From Octopus vulgaris (taxonomy: Eukaryota), in assembly GCA_951406725.2 (NCBI GenBank), contig OX597828.1, positions 7,750,001 to 7,814,000 on the forward strand: a stretch of DNA of 64,000 nucleotides. The letters run 5' to 3'. The notes under the pieces were generated by a model. The model did no database searches, was not told the DNA's origin, and worked only from the letters and a program-made list of their open reading frames with translations. The stretch's first letter is position 1; each line of letters begins with the position of its first letter. The position numbers and the translations under genes are program-made. Of this stretch, positions 40,523 through 52,941 are shown piece after piece.

Positions 40523-40974
40523 CCTATGGATATATACATACACATATACATGCAAGAAAGAATCGCGCATGTCAAATTTATATGTACAGATTAATACAAA
40601 AAGATAGATTGAATCGGCTACTTAATCCATCTTTTCGTATCGATATATTTGGCATATACTCTGCGGATATCTAAGGATTCCCTTGTATATATCCATTGAC
40701 AGAAATTTCACTGCATGGTAGCATTTTACTAGCCGAAACACGGAGAAGGAAATCCCATTATAAGGTTTATACCCAGATGATAAAATGCACGCGCGCGTAT
40801 GTATGTATACACACAGACACAAAGATGCATATGCATAGGTCTGCATACATACGAGTGAGTGGACAAATGGAAGACGGGTACGCAGCACATTTATTGGGAG
40901 TTTCATGTATCGATCAGAACAGTTTGATTAAAATTCATTCCTACTTCTGAGCTATATATATATATATATATATT

Positions 40975-41699
40975 TAAATTTCAGGGTAGTAAAATATTAT
41001 TTAGAAATGTTTTACCACTGTGGCCTAGCGTGTACAAAAACTAGTCAATAGACTATATATTATTCATTATATATACAATGTACATTTAAACACTTAGGAT
41101 GTGGCCATAATCGGACATCTAAACCGCTAGAAGGAGTAGTTAAAATCCAAACCACAATTTGGGGTAATTTCGAAAGGGAATGAAAAATAAAAATATTTAC
41201 CATCTATTTCCTGGACCATGGTTTCGAGCTATCTTCAGCAAATAAAGTAATTTGCTAGGCGAAGCTCTCATCAGCAGGAAAGCCAAAGATTAACATATTA
41301 GTCCGAGGCAATAGAGAAAATGCCTCGTGCATACATGTTATAATTTTTCAAATCCATCACGCAAGCGCAGTTTTTTTTTATCGGCAGCAAATAGAAGTAA
41401 TGCCGATTTTTTTCAAAATTAGTCAAAAGAATTATTATTGATAAATTTCAGGGTAGTAAAATATTTCGAAATTTTTTACTACCGTGGCCTAGCGTGAAGA
41501 AAAACTAGTCAATAGACTATTATTCATTATATACACACAGTGTACGTTTAAACACATAAGAGATGGCCATAAGCGGACATCTAAACTGCTAGAAGGAGTA
41601 GTTAAAATGCAAACCACAATTAGGAGCATTTGGAAATCGCGGTAGATTTGAAAAATTATAACATGCAAGCACGTGGCATGTTCTGTATTGCCTCGGACT
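40975..41699 (-). mobile_element. Hammerhead-bearing non-autonomous Penelope-like/retrozyme element (~467-bp unit)
   Basis: Direct repeat 40975-41175 / 41442-41636; inverted copy of 41300-41361 at 41639-41699; ends at a (TA)n tract; no ORF. Confidence 0.75.
41207..41281 (-). ncRNA. Canonical type I hammerhead ribozyme
   Basis: Minus strand: UUUCCUG-CUGAUGA-GAGCU...AGCUC-GAAA-C-CAUG-GUC/CAGGAAA; 7-bp stem I, 5-bp stem II, palindromic minimal stem III, GUC site. Confidence 0.9.
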
Positions 41700-41716
41700 T
41701 ATAGGTTCATATAGAC

Positions 41717-41977
41717 CAGGGATTCTCAACCGCAGTCTATATGAATGACCCTTGTGGGGGTCCACAATATTTTGTTGTTAAAATTTATTTGCAAAAAATT
41801 GCTTGTAGTCTTACATTATTCGAAATATCTTAACAATGCTTTATACAATTCATGATAATATCTAATTATCAAAATATCTGATTTTTCAAACATCGAATGA
41901 TTCTGGGTGTCCACCCGAGTAAAATAGGAAACAGAAGGAAGCATAGGTAAAAAAAAAAAAATGTTTGAGAAACACTG
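41717..41977. mobile_element. hAT MITE, same family as 34333-34568 in reverse orientation
   Basis: cagggattctcaa / ttgagaaacactg termini; internal tgttgttaaaat...aaattgctt matches in reverse. Confidence 0.75.
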
Positions 41978-41990
41978 ATCAAGATGTCAT

Positions 41991-42205
41991 TCTTTTGTTC
42001 TTTTACTTGTTTCAGTCATTTGACTGCGGCCATGCTGGAACACCGTCTTAAAGAGTTTCAATCGAAGAAATCGATCCTAGGACTTATTCTTAGTAAGCCT
42101 AGTGCTTATTTCATCGGGTTCTTTTTGCCGAACCGCTAAGTTACTGGGACGTAAACACACCAGCATCGGTTTTTAAGCGATAGTGGGGGATGGGGACAAA
42201 CACAC
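41991..42205 (-). mobile_element. SINE family A tail
   Basis: Family match. Confidence 0.85.
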
Positions 42206-42257
42206 ACACACATATATATACACCTATATATCCATATATACATACACACGCATATAC

Positions 42258-42294
<37 letters not shown>

Positions 42295-43269
42295 TATATT
42301 ATATATATATAAATATAAAATATTAGAAAAAACCCACCTTTTATCAATTCAAAAGGAATAATTAAATTACACCATCTAGAAAATTACATAAATAGAAAAG
42401 TTAAAATTAAAATAACAATTAAAAAGTAAACATTAAGTAAATTACAAAAATAATATATTGTATATAATAGGTAGAAAAACGACACGTGTTTCGCTGCTAT
42501 ATTTAAGAAATGATTATTTGATATTTCTAAATCTTTCTATAATATATATATATATATTATTTATATCATTATATGATTAAACGCCACGCATCCACTTATT
42601 CATGATCCGGACCCCGAGCGAATTTTTCTCTCCGATCAATTAATTTTATAATTCTATGATCGAAGAGAAGTGAGTTAAAATAGATAATTTTGGACAGTTA
42701 TTGAGTAATTTTCGAATATTAGCCCCCAAATGTTAATGAATTCACTGTTGGCTACCTTTCTGATAGATTGAAGAGGTAATTGATTACCTTCATTGTCGAT
42801 TGAAAGAACAGATACACATATAGATTAATTTACTATCCGATTAAATCACCGATAGCTGATGGTAAGCGAACGTAAACGAGTGGACAAATAAACAAATGTA
42901 AGGTGCTTTAAGGAAGACGGCTAATTGGCTGTTCCTCAGCGCAGCTGGTTCTACCTGTTCAAAATTTCGTCGTTGTGCGAGGTGTTTAGATTTCAAATGC
43001 CAGCTTTGTTTTTCATCGTTTCACGCTTAAGAATATTTGTTTGTAAGCTTAGAATAGATTTTTATTAACAATGTATTATTGAAAATGCATTCATAAATAA
43101 AGTACGGAACTGGGAATGGTTGTTATCGGTTTAGCCTAGAGACAAGTTAATTCAACCTAACCTAGCCCAGAGACAAGTTAATTCGCCTTAAGCCGTGTCT
43201 CCTGGAACCAATTAACGCAATAGGGTGAGGTATTCCTGTGTATATATATATATATATTGTTGTATTTAG

Positions 43270-43805
43270 GAATGGTCATAACTAGACAACAATGACCTTA
43301 GTAGTAGATACTGCCGCACCAGGACACAGAGGGAAAGACCATCCACCATCACCCTCGACAGTGAAAAAAATAACCGCAGAGCGCTGGAGTGGCTGGGTCA
43401 TGCCCACCCAAGGTCGTGAGAACAACAGTCTGGTGAAAAGAATGATTGCACTTGCAAAAGGATCTAGTTTAAGAACCACCGTAAAATTCACATAGCAAAG
43501 TTTAAGAGGAAACTATACATGCAGATTCAAGGTGCAGCCATTGGCGTCGGTGTGGCTGGAGATGTATCCGGCTTTTTCATTACCTGGTGGGACAGAAAAC
43601 TTAAACAAGCCTTAGCGGAACAATCCATAACTGTTTTGCTATACTGCAGGTATGTAAATGACATTAACATTCTAGTTAGGGGAAACTCTGGTAACTGTAA
43701 CGTAGAAATTGAGAGGAGCATAATGGAGAGCGAGTAGCTAACTCAATCCACCACAGTATCATGGTAACTATAGCTTACTCCACAAGGCACCCTGATAATA
43801 GGAAC
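43270..43805 (+). pseudogene. Penelope-like element reverse transcriptase remnant
   Basis: KFKRKLYMQIQGAAIGVGVAGDVSGFFITWWDRKL...LLYCRYVNDINIL (RT motifs 4-5, YVDD changed to YVND), then frameshifted ANSIHHSIMVT (PLE NS.H..I.FT motif). Confidence 0.8.
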
Positions 43806-44396
43806 ATGAGACTGACTCAGTTTCGAGCTGGTAGACTCATCACCTGTCACCAGAGTCGCACCGATAACCAGCTGGTGGAAGATCTGCTTGGGGTTAAACT
43901 GGTAGTAACATGGAACACACACTAAAAGATGTATATATGTATGTATATCGTAACCCTTGGGTTCCGATAGTTTAATTCTGAACAATCCAAATTCAGATTG
44001 TGCTTTGAGGGTTTTCCTTTAAATTTGTGTGTTTTTGTGTGTGTGTGTGTTTGTGCGTGCGTGTGTGTGTGTGTGTGTATGTGTGTGGGTGCGTGCGTGT
44101 GTGTGTTTGTGCGTTTGTGTGTGTGAAAGTCTCATTGAAATTTACGAATATGTTTCGACTGTGTTATAGGTCATCAGTAAAGCTTCTCCACCACATTTTG
44201 GTGGAACTCAATGCAGGGATGCTAAAACTGTCCCCATGATGTGCTGAAAAGCATTAAGTTGATTTCGAAACTTGACACAATTTCAATCCATAGAAAAGAG
44301 ATCACCGAACGCTACTCTTCTCTGGATCGAACAGAAAAATGTCAAGGCTGGAAAAGTAAAGAGAATGGCAATAGATAAGGTTTGAACACATAAACT

Positions 44397-44842
44397 GGAT
44401 CTTTTCGGTTTGAACGGCAGTTTTTAAAAAATAATTTCTAGATAACTAAACACTTTTAAACTTTGTATACTGGTAGAATGTGTTTATAAAACATATTTTT
44501 CTCTTGGCTTTATTGAGAAAATTCTATATTTTGTAAGATATTTGTTGTTTTTTCTCCTTCAATTTCTGCAATTTCAACCAATCAGTGACGTCTATTGAGG
44601 TAAAAAAACATTCTGTGCCGTATGAATATGTCCCTCGTTTAATAAACAGATTGGGCTTATTTACATTTCTGAAGAAAAAAAGATACCCTTCCCCCCACCC
44701 CTAACCCTAATCTAACTAACCCTACCTAAACCTAACCCTAAAACAGATTGAAATGCAATAGGTCGATACTAGGGTCATAATTATGGGTAACAATTTCATA
44801 TGACACCGTTAGAAAAAACTGCCGTTCAAACCGAGAAGATCC
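44397..44842 (+). mobile_element. Merlin-like MITE with perfect 8-bp TSD
   Basis: GG...CC TIRs of ~29 bp; cataaact on both flanks. Confidence 0.9.
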
Positions 44843-45511
44843 CATAAACTAATCAATACCAGTGTCCTAAGAACTTTTATTTACCATTCTTACCAAAAAC
44901 AACATATTGTTTCCACAACAATTGTTTCATAATTATATTTCTTCCTCCGCAACTTTGCGTCACTGAACTAAGTTGATAACGATTGCGAAGATCAAAAGCA
45001 AGAATGAAAAAGAAAACTCAAAAAACCAAAACCAAGAAGACAAGAAAAGAGAGAAATGAAAAGCTTAGAATTAGGGAAATAGATGTCAATATAATCCTAA
45101 TATATATCCACAGAATTCGCGCACGCACACACACACACACACGCACACACACACACAAACACAAACACACACACATACCAAACATATATAGACACATACA
45201 TATACACACTAATAGTTACTATTTCTAAGTAGCATTATAAACACAGCAAGGCAAGCGAAGTAATTAGCGTTCACGGTTCGTAATAGGAAGAATAAGGTCT
45301 CATTAACTTCCGCTACTTGCTTCCTAAGGTGTGTCTTTTTTTTTTAATTTCATTTTATTTTTTATTTTTATTAGTGACATTTACATAGCTTTTATATTGT
45401 TTGTTTTGTGTTGCTTTTTCTTTTGTATTTCTCTTCTCTGCCTGCGTTTTGTTTTGTTGTTTTTTTTTCTCTTTTAATTAATGGTGTTTTCACATAAACG
45501 ATGCCGAATGT

Positions 45512-45559
<48 letters not shown>

Positions 45560-45702
45560 ACACACACATCAAACACATACACAAACGTAATGTTCTTTAT
45601 TATTTTTCATCCTCACAAAGTGTACTGGTGATACTTACGAAACTGACTTAAAGCTAGGTGCTTGCCTCACATGTAGAGTGAATTATTATTGTTGTTGGTG
45701 TT

Positions 45703-45733
<31 letters not shown>

Positions 45734-45765
45734 CCACCACCACCACCACCACCACCACCACCACC

Positions 45766-45799
<34 letters not shown>

Positions 45800-45805
45800 T
45801 CATCA
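45703..45805. repeat. (CAT)n-(CAC)n-(CAT)n microsatellite
   Basis: Direct reading. Confidence 0.95.
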
Positions 45806-46750
45806 CATAAATACCTTTATAAGTACGAACATACACATGCTAACACACACGTACACATACACACACACACACGCACGCACGTACACACACCACGCACATA
45901 TGCGCATAAACAGTTATATATAGAGTAAATAATATCATTTCTTAATTTAAAGCATTAATATACAACTGAACGCCAAGTATACGTTTTCCGTTTTATAGTA
46001 GGTATAATAATATAAGATAATTCCATCGAGAATTGTACACGCCTCACTGGTAACTATGTCATAAATACCCAATGCGATTTAGCAATGGGAATACGGTTAT
46101 TTGTGTTAAGGTAATTTGATGCCGTTTAAGCCGTCTTTGAAATCTTAGCGTAATTGCAGGCCCTTTGATTCTGCTTTTTTAATGAATCTGCTTTTGATTT
46201 TATGTTTCGTTTAGTTCTACAATTCTGCTTGTGGACCAACGAAAGGGTTTCTTGCATACTTGGTCCCTCTGCTTGAAATAGTAACCAAATCGTTAGTAAG
46301 TCATACCTTTATCATCATGTAAAAGGAGAACAATCTAGTCGGAATATGTAGTCATAAATGAGATTTCGTAATTTTACAAAGAACGGGATTTCTTGAATTA
46401 ACGGGAAATATACTTGTTTTATCACACGTCTCTTCATTCAAAAATCTCTTGGGGTAAATCAACAAAAATAGCAACTCCACTTGCAAATATCATCCTTTTC
46501 GCTAGTGTTATTTAACGAACATGTATGCAATATTATTTATCACATTACAATTTATATTGATTTCTAAAAATTACTATACAAGACAAATGCGGCGTACTGG
46601 CGGTATTTCTTCCGGCTCTTTACGTTCTGAGTTCAAATTTTGCTGTATTCGACTTGCTTTTCGGATTCGATAAAATACTTGCTAACTGAAAACTGATCTC
46701 GAATTTTACCATCCTTTAATATTACTGACCAAAGTTTGATAATAATGTCG

Positions 46751-47117
46751 TGGCACTCCGTCGGTTTCGACGACGAGGGTTCCAGCTGATCCGATCACGG
46801 AACAGCCTGCTCGTGAAATTAACGTGTAAGTGGCTGAGCACTCCACAGACACGTGTACCCTTAACGTAGTTCTCGGGGAGATTCAGCGTGACAGAGTGTG
46901 ACAAGGCTGGGCCTTTGAAATACAGGTACAACAGAAACAGGAAGAAACAGTGAGAGAAATTTGTGGTGAAAGTGTATAGTAGGGTTCTCCACAATCCCCT
47001 GCCGGAGCCTCGTGGACCGTCAGGTGTTTTCGCTCAATAAACACTCACAACGCCTGGGCTGAAAATTGAAACCGTGATCCCACGACCGCGAGTCCGCTGC
47101 CCTAACCACTTGGCCAT
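46751..47117 (-). mobile_element. Chimeric SINE (head as 34728 element, body as family D)
   Basis: 46751-46930 matches the D body; 46930-47117 matches 34855-35030. Confidence 0.85.
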
Positions 47118-47222
47118 TGGGTTTCCACAATAAGAATAAAGCAGTATACATATTGGGGAGTGTCAGTAAATACAGTAATTTAAACCAGCTATGTGCCTCT
47201 CCTCACTCTCCACGCACACACA

Positions 47223-47326
<104 letters not shown>

Positions 47327-47489
47327 AGAGTTAAGAGATGGAGTAGATAAGGTCCGGGTTAGATATGTTTCATAGCAAGCGGAACCTTGAAAGTGGTAAA
47401 TATTCAAGTGAGGTGTATACCACAGGCTACTCTTCAGGACAAGGACATCTTGAATAAATTCATATATGCATATGTATATTTAAAAAAGT

Positions 47490-47735
47490 GAAGATGAGTG
47501 GCTTAATTGCTAGGGTATTCGGATTGCATTTTATTACGTCGCTCCAGTCTACTTAACTGGCTAAAATTTGTAGTACCTGTAATACAAAGAGTCAGCTTTG
47601 TCACATCCTGCGACACGTTGATTCTCCTTGAAAAGTACATTAAGAGTGCTCAGCCACTTGCACGTTAATTTCTCGAGCGGACCGTTCTGTTGATCGGACC
47701 GACTGGAACCCTCGCCGTCGCAACCGACGGAGAGT
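47490..47735 (+). mobile_element. Diverged SINE family D
   Basis: gtgctcagccacttgcacgttaattt...ctggaaccctcg. Confidence 0.75.
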
Positions 47736-48577
47736 CAGTTACATACTAAACAAGGATAATACACTTATAATGCATGAAGGGTGATACTCATAATCAACCT
47801 TGTTACCTCCTTAACTTACAATATATAGAAATAATTAAGATTCTGTATGAATTTGTTGCGCTGGTGCTCTACCGAATCTGGTTATACTTTATAGTAATTA
47901 ATTTCGTTTAGAATTGATCCACAAGTGAGCAATTGCTCTTAAATTATATATACATTATCAAATGTATTCTTTATCTAATACACACACTACACGCACGCAC
48001 ACACACTCACACATGCATACACACACCCACACAATACTTTTAGAAGAGCTAGGATGATACTGATTTTGAAGACTCGGCTGGCTAACCTTCCTCGAGTTGT
48101 CCAAAGAAATCCAACTTCGAAGTCACTGTCACTTCCAGTGACAGTATAATAAATATGTACTCTAGCAGAAGTATTGAGTAATTCTTCAGTTTAATTTCAA
48201 ATAATTTTATTGTATCTCGGCAGAAATCCATACACTAAGATATACACATGCGTGTGATTCTGTGTGTGTGTGTATGTCTAGTTATACACACATGCACAAA
48301 GTCATGTATATGTGTGTATGTGTGTGGTGGCGTGTTTGTGATATAAAAAGGCCCACACACCAGGTATGTCAGACTATCTTGTTCTCTTTTACAGATTAAA
48401 TAAAGTATGCATGCGTATACATGTGTGGATGCGTGTGTTTGTGTGTGTGTATTCGTGTGTGTGTATGTGTGTGTGTATGTGGTTACTTAGAAGACACAAT
48501 TTAAGATCTTTATTTGAACACGTGACAGATTTATTGAGATACACACAAGTATAGAATCTCACGCACACACACACACG

Positions 48578-48636
<59 letters not shown>

Positions 48637-49407
48637 GTGTATAAACGTATGCAGAAATATACACATGCAACATACGCGTAATTCTCTTGGAAATTAATTG
48701 GTGGATGCCTACAACGTATTTATTCCGCTCGTTCATTAAACGATCTCCCACAACCGGAAGCAAGCAGGCAACCAACTAACAGCGACGCCTGGTGTCCGTT
48801 CGTGCCTTTATGATCGTTTGAAATGAGATGCTGCGGAAAACAAATCACATATGTCTCAACCTCATTCCCCTCCCATCTCCGCGACACACACATACACCCC
48901 TCCACCACTGCTGCCGCTGCCGCCACCACCACATGTAACCTCTTTACCAGCAGCACCACCTTCCACTACCACCATCGCGTTGTCTCTTTTTCTCACGACC
49001 CTTTACCTTGCCCTGATCCGATTACTTGCTATTTGCCCGGTTGCTTCTGGTTGTATAAGAAAACTTTAGTGTTATGATTTTGAAGCAGTTTTATCTCTCC
49101 TTCTTTCTCCTTAATGTATTAATTTCTCTCCCACCTATCTTCTGCTTTCAAATCTCAGGCAAAATTTTCACACACACGTGTAAAGGCATACAAATGTACA
49201 CGTATAGGTACAGATTAATGATACAAAAATGTATATACACACTTACATATAGAGACACACACGTACGCAATGAAGATCAACGGTGTATACTCACACGCAC
49301 ACACACAGAGGTACACTCACACACTTGAGAGAAATTTCGAAGTCACTGCGAAGGTTTTCATTGTAAAGATCAATGAATATTTATTTTACTAAAAGCATTG
49401 AATAAAC

Positions 49408-49452
49408 CTATAAGCTTTCAGTTGAATGCTAAATAGTTCATTTATATGTATG

Positions 49453-49503
<51 letters not shown>

Positions 49504-49573
49504 TACATGCATAAATATACATACATACACACACACACATATATATATATATATACATATATATGTATATATG

Positions 49574-49607
<34 letters not shown>

Positions 49608-49640
49608 TATGTGTGTGTATATATATATATACATACATAC

Positions 49641-49697
<57 letters not shown>

Positions 49698-49970
49698 AAT
49701 CAAGAGGAATGACCACCAATGTGGATTTCTAATATGCTGAGAACACACTCTTCGTGGTAAGGCGATTTGACGTCTATCTTTAGCATATTAGGAATCCACT
49801 TTGGTGGTCATTCCTCTTAATTTGTATGTAATATAATTTGTAATCTTCGGAGTTTTTAAATATGATAAGCCACTGGTTTTAATTGATTAAATATCAATTT
49901 CTACCCTCATTATTTAATTTATATATATATATATAAATGAACTATTTAGCATTCAACTGAAACCTTATAG
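49408..49970. repeat. Nested foldbacks in a (TA)n expansion
   Basis: Outer 40-bp IR 49408-49447 / 49931-49970; inner ~47-bp IR 49695-49741 / 49779-49825. Confidence 0.85.
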
Positions 49971-50491
49971 AAAATTGAATATATGAAAAACTTTATTGCT
50001 CACAGCGGTCATTTCGACTCAACCGTCATCGATCCCTAGCAGGTGAGGTACTGAACAACTGGTTAAGCTGCATCCCTAGGTGCAGAAGTGTCTAGTCAGG
50101 TGTTGTCATAAGGTTTATCTCATTACACAAACCCTGTTTCGCTCTGTTTTTGTACACCATATTGTTAGTAGCCGTATGCTAAGCCGTTGAGCAGGAACGA
50201 CGTGGGACAGATTCATTTGCGATGTTATTTACTTCCTGTCTTTGATATGCTACTAAATACATGTAGACAAATGTCTATAATATCACAAAGGAATCTGTCC
50301 CTCAACGAGTTGTATACCACCCCACCCACGATGAATCGATGCAGAATGGGTCGAAACGATCGTTGTGAACAATGAAGTTTTTCTTCTCTAAACATTACAC
50401 CAAGGACCATACTTACTGATGTAATTACCAGGCGTGCCTCTGGATACTACTATCTCTTAGAGTGCTTAACACCTCTAACTTATACCTTATT

Positions 50492-50556
<65 letters not shown>

Positions 50557-50563
50557 GTGTGTG

Positions 50564-50605
<42 letters not shown>

Positions 50606-50811
50606 CTGGTGAAATGGTTGGTATTCTAAAAACAACCAGCCGCACTGGGCAGTAAGTTCCATTCTGCAAATAAGAAATGCCTGTCTGTCCTGTAGCATCG
50701 GAAGATCGATAGATTGGTCATTGAAATTAATAAAACTACCTATACATACATACATACACACATACATACATACGTACATACATACATACATACATACATA
50801 CATACATACAT

Positions 50812-51210
50812 AGGAGTACCTTGGTAAGTAGCTTGCTAACCAACTACATGGTTCCGGGTTCAGTCCCACTGCGTGGCATCTTGGGCAAGTGTCTTCTGCT
50901 ATAGCCCCGGGCCGACCAATGCCTTGTGAGTGAATTTGGTAGACGGAAACTGAAAGAAGCCTGTCGTATATATGTATATATATATATGTATGTGTGTGTG
51001 TTTGTGTGTCTGTGTTTGTTCCCGTAGCATTGCTTGACAACCGATGCTGGTGTGTTTACGTCCCCGTCACTTAGCGGTTCGGCAAAAAGAGACCGATAGA
51101 ATAAGTACTGGGCTTACAAAAAGAATAAGTCCCGGGGTCGAGTTGCTCGACTAAAGGCGGTGCTCCAGCATGGCCGCAGTCAAATGACTGAAACAAGTAA
51201 AAGAGTAAAA
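50812..51210 (+). mobile_element. SINE family A
   Basis: Family match from head to tail. Confidence 0.9.
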
Positions 51211-52165
51211 TAGTATACACACATACACACATACATACGTACATACATACATAAAAGTACCTATACATACATGCATACATACATATATGCTCGCAAAAAT
51301 GGATGATGTATATATGTAATACTAGGTTGACTGAACTATACCTGACTTTGAATTGTTTTTAAATATAAAGCAAACACGAATAAATTTGCTATCTTGTGAT
51401 GCGAATCATACCTTTACCTTGTATGACGTGTTAAATCTCTCATTATTTTGCACACACTTCCACACACAAATTTTTGTGGATACGGAAACACATTCTATGC
51501 CAGCGTCTCTCCCGCACATTCATGTCTATTGCTGCAGCAGAAGTGTTATTTGAATCGACCTATGATGCTGTCTCACAGTGCAAGTGTACCAGCGCTTGAG
51601 GTACCGGAAGGCTTCGTTTCATATTTCAAAGTGTTCGGTGATAGGCAAAGGAGTTGAAAAAAAAATTTGGCAAAGTATTATGCCTTCCTTTGTAACATAC
51701 CCGATATTCTCAGACCTGGAGAGACAGGATGAGCGGCAAGAATGACTTCTGGGGGACCCGAATATCAGAGTGCGAAAAGTCACAACAAATAACGCTAGGC
51801 AATCTGTTCAGTTGTCATATACATCATCTAACAAAAACACCATGTTTGAATGTGTGTGTGTGTGTGTGTGTATGTGTGTGTGTGTGTGTATGTGTGTGTG
51901 TGTGTATGTGTGTGTTTGTGAGTGTGTGCGAGACAGAGAGAGGAGAGAGGGAGGGAGAGTTAGTTTAACTTTGTTTATTATTAATCGTGCAGATTAATTG
52001 TCATGGCAGAGAATAGGAGAACTTATCGTTTAACGCTCATGGAACAATTTGTGAATGTATTTTAACGACAGACATATTGGGATCTGTTGTAGTAAACACG
52101 CAAACACATGTGCTTTTTTAATCAATTAATCTATACATACATACATACATACATACATACATACA

Positions 52166-52197
<32 letters not shown>

Positions 52198-52755
52198 CAC
52201 ATACATATGTGCGTGCATGTGTGTATGTATGTATGTATGTATTTATTATGTACGTAGTATTTAAGTGCCCGTGCGTGCTTGTGGTTACTTAAATATATTT
52301 AGCAGCAAAATAAAAAAAAAGATAAGAGAAAAATATACCGTAAAGGCTTCAAAGATATTCATGCCTATTTTAAGAACTACAGGAATCATGCTCAGTAGCT
52401 TTCTCTTGGGTGAACTTAAGAATGGCTAACAATGACATCTGTATATTGGAGTCACTGTAGGGGCAACGTGAAATACGTGTCTTTGAGTACTTGTGGTCGA
52501 CGTGGTATTGGGGATAATGGTGGTGTAGAGGATAAGGATATATGTACATGTTACACATCAGCAACCTTTCTTTACAGAGTGTAGATAAGTATTTTACCAG
52601 ATACGGTAAACAAGACATATCGTTGAGGTTATCACAATTGATACAATCACAACACTGGCGAAACGCTAGCGGTGTAAAAATGTTAACTTTCCCTGTCTCT
52701 ACAAATTTTATGGACCTTTGCTTCCGAAGTGTTGCTGCGCAATTTACTAGGATCC

Positions 52756-52824
<69 letters not shown>

Positions 52825-52941
52825 CACACATATACACACATACACACATACACACACATTCACACACACAGACAAAGGCGCACACCCAACGCTCACATGT
52901 TTCAGTTCCTTAGTACTCTGTGTTTTCCCTTTGAGTGCAAA

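Noticed and set aside
44140-44182. Minus-strand CUGAUGA...GAAAC...GUA hammerhead
   Set aside because: Stem II overlaps the core and stem I does not pair
50322-50367. Hammerhead (cac-gatga...tcGAAACgatcGTT-gtg)
   Set aside because: CU of the core is missing and stem II is imperfect; at most a relic
51380-51830. Possible decayed transposase or host exon
   Set aside because: No recognisable motif in any frame
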